From: Felis catus
Lineage: Eukaryota
Reading direction: 5' to 3'
DNA length: 64,000 nt
NCBI RefSeq assembly: GCF_018350175.1
Contig: NC_058368.1
Span: 184,576,001 to 184,640,000, forward strand
Shown here piece by piece: positions 1-11,641 of this stretch (its first letter is position 1; every line of letters begins with the position of its first letter). Both the position numbers and the translations under genes were made by a program. A model generated the notes under the pieces. The model saw nothing but the letters and a program-made list of their open reading frames with translations. It did not search any database and had not been told where the DNA came from.

Positions 1-59
1 GGAGCTCTCTAGCTCGTAGGATCAACTTGTTCTCTTCTTTAACAAACAAAAAATAATAG

Positions 60-400
60 TGTATTCCCAGCTTCTCTTAAGAGGCATCATGCCATTTCTA
101 AATTTGTTTAAACTCTCTTAATGTTCATTTATGTCTTCTGCCTCAGCTATCTTCTAGTGATTTATAGTGCTTTCTTTCATTTTTTTCCACACTTACTTCA
201 CTCAAATTACACATAATATTTCCTTGGGCTGATATTTCCAGATTTAGACAGAAAGTCAATTTGCTCCTTCCAGTAATGGCTCTAACTCTAGCTTTGTGCA
301 GTAACCCCTTGTCCCAGTCCTTTACTAGTTCATTTTTTAAGTGGTATTCTTTTTGAGAAGTTATGACTAGAATTACACCCAGTATTTCAGGATAATTTGG
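60..400 (-). mobile_element. CR1/L3 LINE 3' fragment
   Basis: Minus strand AEAEDINEH..SLNKF resembles the CR1/L3 ORF2 C-terminus; gactagaattacacccagtatttcag is CR1-like. Confidence 0.55.
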
Positions 401-734
401 AAGGTGTGTTGAGTCTGGTTTTTAGTACCTTTTTTTGTTTTTAAATAAGGTTCTCAAGAACCTTCGAATATAGGCAAGAAGAGACATTAATACATTGACA
501 TAATGCTTGCTGAATGATATAAATGTATTTTATGCTGTTCCCAAACCCACAATACCCTTCCTTTTTCCCTACTTACCTAAATGCCATACATTCTTCCTGT
601 GGGATGAACAAGATTTTCAAAGAAAGCAGTGGAAAAAGTTAGTGAATATTATAGACCATGGAACGGCATGAAACTGTGCATCTAGAAGTGGCTGACTGCT
701 CATCATTGTCTTGCAGGCTGTTAATGAGGGTGCT

Positions 735-985
735 ACAAACATCCTGTAGTTCAAACATGCTGAATAAAGGCTAAATTCAACAGAGTAAAAGGGTTTTTTT
801 ACATTGTTGTTGTTTTTTTAACACGACAGGAATTTTCAGAGCTTTCAGTATGCTGCTGCATGTTGTGAAACTCCAAGGAGGGAAAGGTATAACATTTCAC
901 AAACATATGTGACCATGGAATTCTAGTTCATACATTCTAGTTCATACATATTCTATAGTATGCTATAGAATAAGTGTGGAAACAC
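735..985. mobile_element. Old hAT-Charlie-type MITE (MER103-like)
   Basis: ttcagagctttcagtatgctgctgcatgttgtgaaactccaag...catttcacaaacatatgtgaccatggaa, recognised from memory of the consensus. Confidence 0.5.
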
Positions 986-3163
986 TTAAAAAATCATCCA
1001 TGGAGGTAAAACAAGCATTATTTGTTTAGTGGAAAAAAGAAAATCAGCAAAGCTTAATTAGAGCATCTATCATGAGGATCCCTAGATTCTGACAGGTGGA
1101 GGGTAGGGAGTAAGACCCAGCAAAGGGATTTAATCTCAATGTCATATGAACTAAGAGTTAATTTTCATGGAGTATACTATTATAAGTATTCAGTCATGTA
1201 AAGATAAATGAGTTTAGCTATAGTACAAAATTCACATTCAAGATCGGCTTTGCTTAGCAAAATAGAGCTGCTAGCATACAACTATTGCTTTGCATGGTAC
1301 AAACACAAAATAAAAAACATGAGCCTTATGCCATCATTAATTTCCTACTTTGCACAAAATTCTATAAATTAAATTGACACCCAGAAAAAAAAACTGGTTG
1401 TCTGTTCAATGGAAATTTACATTATGACTTTATTCAGAAAGGTTGAGGTATAAATTAAGTTTTCAAATCATCAAATGATTACTTTTTATTGTTTTCTGAA
1501 AATGAACCAAAAAGACATGTATGACAGAAAACTTTCCAAGTTGTCATCCTTAGTGTAAGTTTATCATTCCAAAATCAAAAAAAAAAAAAAAATAGGTATG
1601 TAAGATAATCTTGTTATTTAAAGACTTGGAGTTAAATCTCATATGAAATAGCTAAAGTGGAGAATGGAAAATGATGTAGGGGCAGGAAGCTGGTAGGGAA
1701 GGTGCAGGGAACAGCTATTTCTAGCTGTCTTTTAGTAGTGTTTGATGTTTGAATACTTGTGTAAATTACTTTGTCAAAAAAATCAAATACTTTTTACAAA
1801 GAGTACATACCTTTGCCACTTAATGCTCACTTACTAAAATAAACAAGTGCAGAAATAAATATTTAACTGGAGGATAATAAGGCTACAAATAATGGCTAAC
1901 ACTGATGTGGAGCCTACTTAAAGTTTGATTACTAATAAAATATCCACACTCTATTTACCAAGCAAAGTAGAGAGTTTAAAATAAAGTTGATGAAAGTAGT
2001 CTGTTTAATGAGGAAAATTTTAAAACCGAATCACTTCAAATGAGTTTTTTTCCCCTTCAATTTGAAAATATAATTTACTTTCTTCCTCCATATAGCATTT
2101 ATTATCTGTATTATTTATCAATTAATCTTTTACACCTAGTCCATAAATTCTTTGATGAGAGGTCCGTATTTTCTTCAGTTTTTATCTCATATGATCATTT
2201 CACACAGAAGATACATGATGAAGGAAGAAAGGAGGGAGGGCAGTAAGTTAAAAGAAATAAAGCAGGAAATTCTTATGCAGGGTTTTTACAAAATAAAGTA
2301 TTTTAAAACCATCTTGAACTCTAGCAGTACTGCTTTTCTGTTCTTTGGGTGTTTTTATTTAATTACACAAGAATGATTTCAGAAGCTCCTGGTTTAAATT
2401 TATCTGATAGAGAAAGCTAGAGAATTACCCTTCATAATATTTAATTAAACATTTCTATCAATTACATTGAATAAATATACAGTCATGACTACCACTGGCT
2501 CAACAGGCATTTAAGAAGACGGCATTTAAGAAGATGGCATATATTAAGTTTGGCGATACAGCACATTAGATTCGGTTAGCACACACAGCAATTGTTTTTC
2601 CTAAGAAAATTGTTCCTTTTAATTAAAGCATTTGCTCTTCTCTCAGCACTTTACAATGCGTGATGCAGAATAAACATAAAATAGTTACCGCAGATTTTTT
2701 CTCAGCTTTCTCAGTCCAGAATCAGAATAAATTGACTCAGAATAATTTCTTAAAGTGTTTATTTACTTAGAGTGGGAGAAAAAAATACTACCTACAATCT
2801 TGGTAATCAGCAAAACTACTTTATCAATACTACTTTACCATACTACTTAGAAAACCCCTATAGAAAACACGATGAGATAGAATGATTGAGATCTTACACC
2901 TCCTTTTCACTAAATGACTAACAAATGAAATCTCTAGCTATGTATTGAGATGTACACTGAAAAGAAATTGAGTCACACGGGAAAATGATTGTTTCAAACA
3001 CTGAACATCAGGTAGAAATAAAGACTATGGATCTTGAGCCTAAGGTAATTTATCAGAGCTGGGTGGGTTTTTTTCTCTTTGAAATAGTGCAATTAAGTAA
3101 GAAGAGACAGCTACTTTTGTTTCGATTTTTCTTAACTAATCTCTGATTATAATATACACTGAC

Positions 3164-3390
3164 CTATTCTTCAATTACAGTTTAGAGATGTTGCAATGCT
3201 TTTGTTCCTCTCTTTTTAAAAACAAGCATTAGATGAAAACTGTTCATCTAGTATGCTCAAATCATCAAAGAAAAACTGATTCTGATGGATTTTCTCTTCC
3301 AGTGAATGTTAACAGAGATTTTAGAAGCTCTAGAATCAGTTCCTCCTACTAGAACCATTTCCAATGGAAACTAAGTATAGAATTGTCAAT
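3164..3390 (-). pseudogene. Possible exon remnant (last EC repeat or membrane-adjacent domain)
   Basis: Acceptor gtatAG, donor TAG|GTCAGT. FPLEMVLVGGTDSRASKISVNIHWKRKSIRISFS. Confidence 0.35.
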
Positions 3391-3849
3391 CTATACACAC
3401 ACATGTATGATTCAACTTTTTAAAGAAAAATTCAATGAAATCATTTTGTGGTCCCCAAGTGGTGCCAAATACAAGTGTCACTTTTTAATCATACTTAGAA
3501 TTGAGAGGGTTTTTTTTGTTAACTATGGCTGAAAGAAACAAAAGCCCATCCACTCCCCAAAAGTGTCTGTGTGTGTGTGCGTGCATACGTGAAAGTTAAA
3601 AAAGTATGTCACAAAACCAGAGTCACAGTTCATACTTCCTCATGAGAACAAAGAACTAGGAATTAGAACCAGAAACTATGTCCTCCACCCTTCCCTTATA
3701 GGTATAAACATGCCCACCACCTGCCTCATATCTTTGTCCCTTTCCCCACATTCTGACTTTCCTCTCTTCCCCTTCTACTCATTAAAAGTAGAATCTCTTT
3801 TTATTCTGAGCTATGCCCCTACTTTCCCTCCCTCATTTAGAAAAAACAG

Positions 3850-4067
3850 AAAATTAAAACGTCAAGAGTTTGTTTTATCTACTAGAAAATCTGTCAAAAC
3901 TCTGATGGAATTGACTAAGTCAGGAAACTTTGTGGGACCCAGTTTACAGTAATTTCAACAAGGACTGGGTGATGTATTCTGGTCCTTTCAGGAACGAATG
4001 TCCTGCAGATGCGGGTATATAGGAAAGGTGACCAGGTACTATTATCCACAGAGCAGTGCCCCAAATC
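3850..4067 (-). pseudogene. Possible cadherin exon remnant
   Basis: Acceptor tgtttAG. GTALWIIV...FLKGPEYITQ / LVE / SIRVLTDF. Confidence 0.45.
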
Positions 4068-4179
4068 CTAAACATACTCCGCAAACAAAGAAATAAGGGT
4101 GTTTATGGATATAAAACACTACAACAGAAAGAAAACAACAGGAATCCAGTGTGAGAAAAGAGAATTATCTTTGAAACTG

Positions 4180-4370
4180 AAACACTTTGGATTCAGTTTC
4201 TGACTGAATTACGATTAGTCACGTAACCTGGGCAAAATAATTGACCTTCCATGAGTGCCTATTTCCACATCTATAAAATTGAGATAATATTATCTACTTG
4301 GTAGTGTTTGAGAAGTAATGAGATAATGCGTAAAGTTTGTGACAGAGTGACAGTATTTACAAAGTATGTG
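4180..4370 (+). mobile_element. MIR SINE
   Basis: Core gtaacctgggcaaa...tttccacatctataaaattgagataat. Confidence 0.75.
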
Positions 4371-4399
4371 TGGCTCAGAGAGTGGGAAAGGTAGGTAAT

Positions 4400-4660
4400 C
4401 AAATGTATTTCAAAGATATATGTAGAAAAGTATCTGCTATTCCCTAATCTGGTCATGGCCTTCTATATTGTCTTCATCCCTAAAATTTCTTCTCCTAAAG
4501 TGTAGAGTGCCAAAATAAAGGAACTAGTGCAATGGGCAGCTTATAAAGACTGCATGGAACATGTGTCCTCATCACTGACACCACTGGCTAACCTCTATTC
4601 ATCCTCTCATTCTTTTTCTTTTTTTGTGTATAAACTCATATCACTTGACTTCCACAAATC
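4400..4660 (-). pseudogene. Cadherin exon remnant, 3' part of the exon split by L1
   Basis: FVEVK*YEF / KNE / GVSDEDTCS / HAV / LYKL...PLF continues the EC pattern across the L1 target-site duplication. Confidence 0.6.
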
Positions 4661-4679
4661 TTTATTATTATTTTTTATT

Positions 4680-4896
4680 TTTATTTTTTTTAATTTTTTT
4701 TAACATTTATTTATTTTTGAGACAGACAGCATGAACAGGGGAGGGTCAGAGAAAGAGGGAGACACAGAATCTGAAACAGGCTCCAGGCTCTGAGCTGTCA
4801 GCACAGAGCCCGACGCAGGGCTCGAACCTACGGACCGCGAGATCATGACCTGAGCTGAAGTTGGACACTTAACCGACTGAGCCACCCAGGCGCCCC
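4680..4896 (-). mobile_element. Can-SINE (feline type) inserted in the L1 A-tail
   Basis: tRNA-derived head GGGGCGCCTGGGTGGCTCAGTCGGTTAAG, CT-rich region and A tail on the minus strand. Confidence 0.95.
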
Positions 4897-7800
4897 TTAT
4901 TTTTTATTTTTTAATTTACATCTAAGTTAGTTATATATAGTGCAATAATGATTTCAGGAGTAGATTCCAGTTTCATTCCTTATGTAGAACACCCAGTGCT
5001 CATCCCAAAAAGTGTCTTCCTTAATGCCTCTTACCCAATGGCCCATCCCCCCATCCACAAACCCTCCAGCAATACTTAGTTTGTTCTCTATAATTAAGAG
5101 TCTCTTATGTTCTGTCCCATCCCTTTTTTTATATTACTTTTGCTTCCCTTCCCTTATGTTCATTTGTTTTGTACCTTGAATTCCACATATTAATGAAGTC
5201 ATATGCTATTTCTCTTTCTCTAATTTCCCTTAGCATAATACCTTCTAGTTCCATCCATGTTGTTGCAAATGGCAAGATTTCATTCTTTTTTATTGCTGCA
5301 TAACTCTCCATTGTGTGTGTGTGTGTGTGTGCATGTGGGTGTGTGTGTGCGTGTGTGTATACACCACATATATACCATATATTCTTTATCCATTCATCTA
5401 TTGATAGACTTTTGGGCTCTTTCCATACTTTGGCTATTGTCAAGAGCACTGCTATAAATATTGGAGTACATGTGCCCCTTTGAGTCAGCACACCTGTATC
5501 CTTTGGATAAATACCTAGCAGTGCAATTGATGGGTCGTAGGGTAGTTCTATTTTAACTTTTTGTGGAAGCTCCATACTGTTTTCCATAGTGGCTGCACCA
5601 GTTTGCATTCCCACCAACAGTGGAAAAGAGATCCTCTTTCTCCACATCCTTGCCAACATCTGTTGTTGCCTGAGTTGTTAATTTTAGTCATTCTGACTGA
5701 TGTGAGGCGGTATCTCATTGTGGTTTTAATTTGTATTTCCCTAATGATAAGTAATGGTGAGCATTATTCCATGTGTCTATTAACCATTTGGATGTCTTCT
5801 TTGGAGATTATCTATTCATGTCTTTTGCCCATTTCTTCACTGGATTATTTGTTTTTCGGGGTGTTGAGTTTGGTAAGTTCTTTATAGATTTTGGATACTA
5901 ACTAACCCTTTATCTGATATGCCATTTACAAATATCTCTTACCATTCTGTTGGTTGCCTTTTGGTTTTGCTGATTGTTTCCTTCACCATGCAGAAGCTTT
6001 TTATTTTGATGAGGTCCCAATAGTTCATTTTTGCTTTTGTGCCCCTTCTCTATGGAGCTGTGTTGAGTAAGAAGTTGCTGTCAAAGAGGTGGCCAAGGTC
6101 AAAGAGGTTTTTGCTGGCTTTCTCCTCAAGGATTTTTATGGCTTCCTGTCTTACATTGAGGTCTTTCATCCATTTTGAGTTTATTTTTGTGTATGGTGTA
6201 ATAAAGTGGTCCAGGTTCATTCTGCATGCCACTGTCCAGTTTTCCCAACACCATTTGCTACAGAGACTGTCTTTTTTCCATTGGATATTCTTTTATGCTT
6301 TGTCAAAGATTAGTTGGCATACATTTGAGGGTCCATTTCTGGATTTTCTATTTTGTTCCATTGATCTAAGTGTCTGTTTTTGTGCCAGTACCATACTGTC
6401 TTCATGATTACAGCTTTGTAAGACAGCTTGAAGTCCAAGATTGTGATGCTTCCTGGTTTGGTTTCTTTTCAGGATTTCTTTGGTTATTCAGGGTCTTTTC
6501 TGATTCCATACACATTTTAGGATTGTTTGTTCTAGCTGTGTGAAGAATGCTGGTGTTATTTTCATCAGGATTGCATTAAATATGTAGATTCCTTTAGGTT
6601 GTATCGACAGTTTAACAATATTTGTTCTTCCAATCCAGGATCATGGAATATTTTCCATTGTTTTGTGTCTTCTTCAATTTCTTTCATAAGGTTTCTATAG
6701 TGTTCAGTGTATAGATTTTTCACCTTTTTGGTTAGGTTTATCTGTAAACCTTAATGGTTCTTGGTGCAACTGTAAATGGGATTGAGTCCTTGATTTCCCT
6801 TTCTGTTGCTTCATTATCAGTGTATAGGAATTCAACCAATTTCTTTGCATTGATTTTATATCCTGCAACTTTCCTGAATTCATGGATAAGTTCTAGCAGT
6901 TTTTTGGTGGAACCTTTTGGGTTTTCCATATAGAGTATCATGTCATCTGCAAAGAGTGAAAGTTTGACTTCCTCTTTGCTGATTTGGATGCCTTTTATTC
7001 CTTTGTGTTGTCTGATTACTGAAGCTAGAACTTCCAATATTATGTTGAATAACAGAGGCAAGAGTGGAAATCCCTGTCATGTTCCTGACCTTGGGGGGAA
7101 AGCTCTCAGTTTTTCCCCATTGAGGATATTAGCGGTGAGTCTTTTGTATATGGACTTTATGATTGTGAGGTATGATCCTTCTATACAATGTAAGAGTATA
7201 TAATATACTTCTATACCTTCTATACCATATAAGAGGTTTTTTTTCAGGAAAGGATGCTGTATTTTGTCAAATGCTTTCTATGCATCTACTAAGAGGATCA
7301 TGTTGTTCATGTCCTTTCTTTTACTGATATGATGTATCATATTGATTGTTTTGTGGATATTGAACCAGCCCTGCATCCCAGGTATAAGTACCACTTGGTC
7401 GTGGTGAATAATTCTCTTAATGTATTGTTGGATATGGTTGGCTAGTATCTTTTTGAGGATTTTGCACCCATGTTCATCAGGAAAATTGGTCTGTAGTTCT
7501 CCTTTGTAGTGGGGTCTTTAGTCCTGGAGTCAAAGTATTGCTGGCTTCATAGAATGGGTTTGCAAGTTTTCCTTCCATATTTATTTTTTTGGAACAGCTT
7601 CAAAAGAATAGGTGTTAACTCTTCTTTAAATGTTTGGTAGAATTCCCCTGGAAAACCATCCAGCACTGGACTCTAGTTTTCTGGGAGATATTTGATTATT
7701 AATTTGATTTCTTTATTGGTTATGGGTCTGTTCAAATTTTCTATTTCTTCCTGTTTCAGTTTTTGTAGTTTATATGTTTCTAGGAATTTGTCCATTTCTT

Positions 7801-7929
7801 CCAGATTGCCCAATTTATTGCTGTATAATTGCTCATAATATTCTCTTACTATTGCTTGTATTTCTGCAGTGTGGGTTGTGATGTCTTCTCTTTCATTCTT
7901 GATTTTATTTATTTGGGTCCTTTCCTTTT

Positions 7930-8158
7930 TCTTTTTTTTTTTTTATTTTTTTTCAACGTTTTTATTTATTTTTGGGACAGAGAGAGACAGAGCATGAACG
8001 GGGGAGGGGCAGAGAGAGAGGGAGACACAGAATCGGAAGCAGGCTCCAGGCTCCGAGCCATCAGCCCAGAGCCTGATGCGGGGCTCGAACTCACGGACCG
8101 CAAGATCGTGACCTGGCTGAAGTCGGACGCTTAACCGACTGCGCCACCCAGGCGCCCC
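7930..8158 (-). mobile_element. Young feline Can-SINE inside L1 ORF2
   Basis: CpG-rich near-consensus copy; TSD gtc(c/a)tttcctttttc. Confidence 0.95.
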
Positions 8159-10090
8159 TAGTCATTTCCTTTTTCTTTTTGATCACACTGTCTAGGGGTT
8201 TATCAATTTTGTTGATTCTTTCAAAGAACCAGCCCCTGGTTTCATTGATCTGTTCTACTGTTTGTTTTTTGTTTGCGTTTTGGTTTCAATAGCAATGATT
8301 TCTGCTCTCATCTTTACTCTTGTATTCTGGTGGTTTGGGGTTTTATTTGCTATTCTTTTCCAGCTCTCTAAGGTGTAAGGTTAGGATACGTATCTGAGAC
8401 CTTTCTTCCTTCTTTAGGAAGGCCTTGATTGTTATATACTTCCCTCTTATGACCACCTTTGCTGTGTCCCAGAGGTTTTGGCCTGTGGTATTCTCATTTT
8501 CATTGCCTTCCATGTACTTTTTCATATACTCTTTACTTCTTGGTTAGCCCATTCATTCTTTAGTAGGATGTTCTTTAGTGTCCAAGTATTTGCTGTCCTT
8601 CCAAATTTTTTCTTGTGGTTGATTTCAAGTTTCATAGTGTTGTGGTCTGAAAACATGCACGGTATTATATCAATATTTTTGTACTTTCTGAGGGTTGATT
8701 TGTGTGCCAGTATGTGATCTATTCCGGAGAATGTTCCATGTGTATTTGAGAAGAATGTGTATTCTGCTGCTTTAGGATGAAATGTTCTGAATATATTGGG
8801 TTAAGTCCATCTGCTCCAGTGAATTGTTCAAAGCCAATGATTTTCTGTTTAGATGATCCATTGCTATAAGTGGGGTGTTGAAGTCCCCTATTATTATGGT
8901 ATTATTATCAATGAGTTTCTTTATGTTTGTGACTAATTGACATAAATATTTGGGTGCTGCCACATGTGTAGCATAAATGTTTATAATTGTTACATCTTCT
9001 TGGTGGATGGACACCTTAATTATGATATAATGCCCTTCTTCATCTCTTGTTATAGTTTATTTTAAAATCTAGATTGTCTGATATAAGTATGGCTACTCTG
9101 GCTTTCTTTCAGCAACCATTAGCATGATAGATGGTTATCCATCCCCTTACTTTCAATCTGAAAGTGTCTTTAGGTCTAAAATGGGTTTCTTGTAAACAGC
9201 ATATAGATGAATCTTGCTTTCCTATACATTTTTTTACCCTATGTCTTTTGATTGGAACATTTAGCCCATTGACATTTAGAGTGAGTACTGAAAGATATGA
9301 ATTTATTACCATTATGTTGCCTGTAGAGTTGGAGTTTCTGGTGGTGTTCTCTGGTCCCTTCTAGTCCTCAGAGAGTCCCGCTTAAAATTTCTTGCAAAGC
9401 TGGTTTAGTAGTCACAAACCCCTTTTGTCTTTGTTTGTCTGGGAAACTTTTTATCTCTCCTATTTGAATGACAGCCTTGCTGGATAAAGAATTCTTGGCT
9501 GCATATTTTTATGATCTAGCACCTTGAGTATATCCTGCCACTCCTTTCTGGCCTGCCAGGTTTCTGTGGATAGGTCTGCTGCAAACTTGATCTGTCTTCC
9601 CTTGTAGGTTAAGGACTTTTTTCCCTTGCTGCTTTCATGATTCTTTCCTTGTCTGAGTATTTTATGAATTTGTCTATGATATGCCTTGTTGGTGGTCAGT
9701 TTTTGTTGAATCTAATGGGAGTTCTCTGTGCTTCATGGATTTTGGTATCTGAGTCTTTCCCCAGGTTAGGAATGTTTTCCATTATGATTTGCTCACATAA
9801 ACCTTCTACCCCCTTTTCTCTCTCTTCATCTTCTAAGACCCCTATAATTTGGCTGTTATTCCTTTTTAATGAGTCACTGAGTTCTCTAATTCTTATATCG
9901 TGCTCTTTTGCTTTAGTCTCGCTCATTTTTTCTGCTTCATTATTCTCCATAAGTTTGTTCTCTATATCGCTCATTTGCTGCTCTGCTTCATCCATCCTTA
10001 CCACCATGGCATCCATTCGAGATTGCTTCTCAGTTATAGCATTTTTAATTTTGTCCTGACTAGCTTTTACTTCTTTTATCTCCACTTATC

Positions 10091-10433
10091 CTTTCATTTT
10101 TAGCTTAAATGCTCTAAGAAGCTTTTATCCTACTGACTGCTGTGACTCCCAAAGCCCTCTAGTTGGTCCAGGAGCTATGCCCTGTGCTATAATATGAGTC
10201 ACTATTACATCTTTATCACACAGGGAGATTCTTCATAGCAGAAAGGATTTCTTCTTCCCTACTGATTGAGTCTCTAACAATGAATACAGAAAGTGGCCAG
10301 AGTTAACATTGTCATTTATTTTTTAGTAGTCCAGCATCCAAACACTATTCTGACTTTTGGTGAAACCTCTCATACATGAGTCTTGATAACAGTCAGGGCT
10401 CATATGGTACCAGAAATTCTCATTTTCTGACAC
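10091..10433 (-). pseudogene. Cadherin exon remnant, 5' part of an exon split by L1
   Basis: Acceptor ctttcAG. VSENEN / SGTI*ALTV / LDAGL / EEEILSAMKNL / HIIAQG..GL / GVTAVSRIK...AKNE. Confidence 0.6.
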
Positions 10434-10622
10434 CTGAAAGTTAAGGCTTAAGCATGAGTCATAGACATGGCCAACTGGACACCCTAACCCAGTACTCTGT
10501 ATCCACAGGAAAGAAAACAAAACATATGACATGGAGATTATTCAGAGCAGCGTGTGTGCTACAGTAGTTTAGTATTGGCAATCTTAGTCATAAAAAGACC
10601 ATAGACAAGCTCTGGCACCTAC

Positions 10623-10900
10623 CTGGCTGTAGTCTGTGTTGTCATTTGCCTTGTGTCCTCAGTCCAGGTTTCTGATGCTATGAACTGCAGTTTTCCACAA
10701 ATAATTTTCTTCTTAGTCAGTTAGTGATTTCTGTTTTTATAACCAAGACATTTAAATAATAATTCAAAATTGTAATAAATGGATGGTGAGATGGACTGAT
10801 CCACAAATAATTCTGCCAACAAATGAATAAAACAAGAAAAGAAACAATTTCCATGGTATTTGCCATTCTTTCTCTCCCTTCTCCCACGACTTGGCCTCTC
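10623..10900 (-). pseudogene. Cadherin exon remnant
   Basis: AELFVDQSISPSIYYNFELLF / TAVHSIRNLD*GHKANDNTDYSQ. Donor CAG|GTAGGT is phase 0, matching the next acceptor. Confidence 0.6.
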
Positions 10901-11641
10901 AATCTTTTCCTTAGGAACAACTAATGTTTAAAACAAATAAACACTCCAGTTTCCTAGAATCCTTTAGGGTTCTTACATAAATGATAATAGTGATTCCTAA
11001 GATATTGGTTTAAGTATTCAACAAGACTGCAAACTGGTTGAAGTTCACTGGTTGTGAACTGTATCCTCTCCTTTAAAGTCATTTAGTTTTTTGAAATTAA
11101 GAAAGAGATTAGAAGTAAGGAAACAAGCATCTTTTCATTTAGAGAAACTAGCTGAGCTTATTACTATATTAAAGCTTGAGATTCAATAAATAATTCTACT
11201 CATGACTCTAAACAGCAATTAGAGATCTTCCTGTAAATATCCCTTGGGTATCTTAAATTCAACAAGTCTTTAAAAATTAATTTCCCTTTTTAATTCTAAA
11301 CATGGCTTAAAACTTTGTTTGTTCTTCATGTTTCAGATGAAAACATGGCACATACATAGACCTCCACCACTTTTTACTTTCAAATTTCCTTAAAATTAAG
11401 AAATACAGAATAAATCTGTATTACTACTGAGAAAAAAATTAAACTGTCCCAGCAAAAGCTTAGATATTTTGAGGCAATTCTTTAATAATGGAAGGAATAA
11501 AGAATGGAATTTTCATCATGCCAAGGAAATGCCAAGATGGGGACTGAGTGAAGGAGACCCCAACAGAACTATCATCAGACCTCATATTCAGTGAAGCAAA
11601 TGAGCACAGAGAAAACAAAACATATCCTATTAGAGCAGGTT

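Larger units (their letters stand above)
4661..10080 (-). mobile_element. Carnivore LINE-1, 5'-truncated within ORF1, degenerate
   Basis: ORF1 fragment 9696..10085, EN fragments 9109..9312 and 8772..9014, RT fragment 6738..7061 (LFADDMILY), C-terminal fragment 5129..5659, 3'UTR and poly(A). Imperfect TSD tccacaaatc (4651-4660) / tccacttatc (10081-10090). Confidence 0.95.

Noticed and set aside
120..150. Minus-strand EDINEH, resembling a cadherin D.NE linker
   Set aside because: The context matches the CR1/L3 ORF2 C-terminus. This shows that isolated motif matches can be spurious.
4860..4896. tRNA-like sequence (A-box TGGCTCAGTCGG), here and at other SINE heads
   Set aside because: These are tRNA-derived Can-SINE heads, not tRNA genes.
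5129..10085. Longest ORFs (176, 140, 129, 122 aa) as host genes
   Set aside because: They are L1 ORF1/ORF2 fragments or antisense frames.
10323..10340. MLDY* read as LDYE
   Set aside because: It is too close to the VSEN motif for an EC repeat; the alternative-frame LDAG (D.D.G) fits the spacing better.
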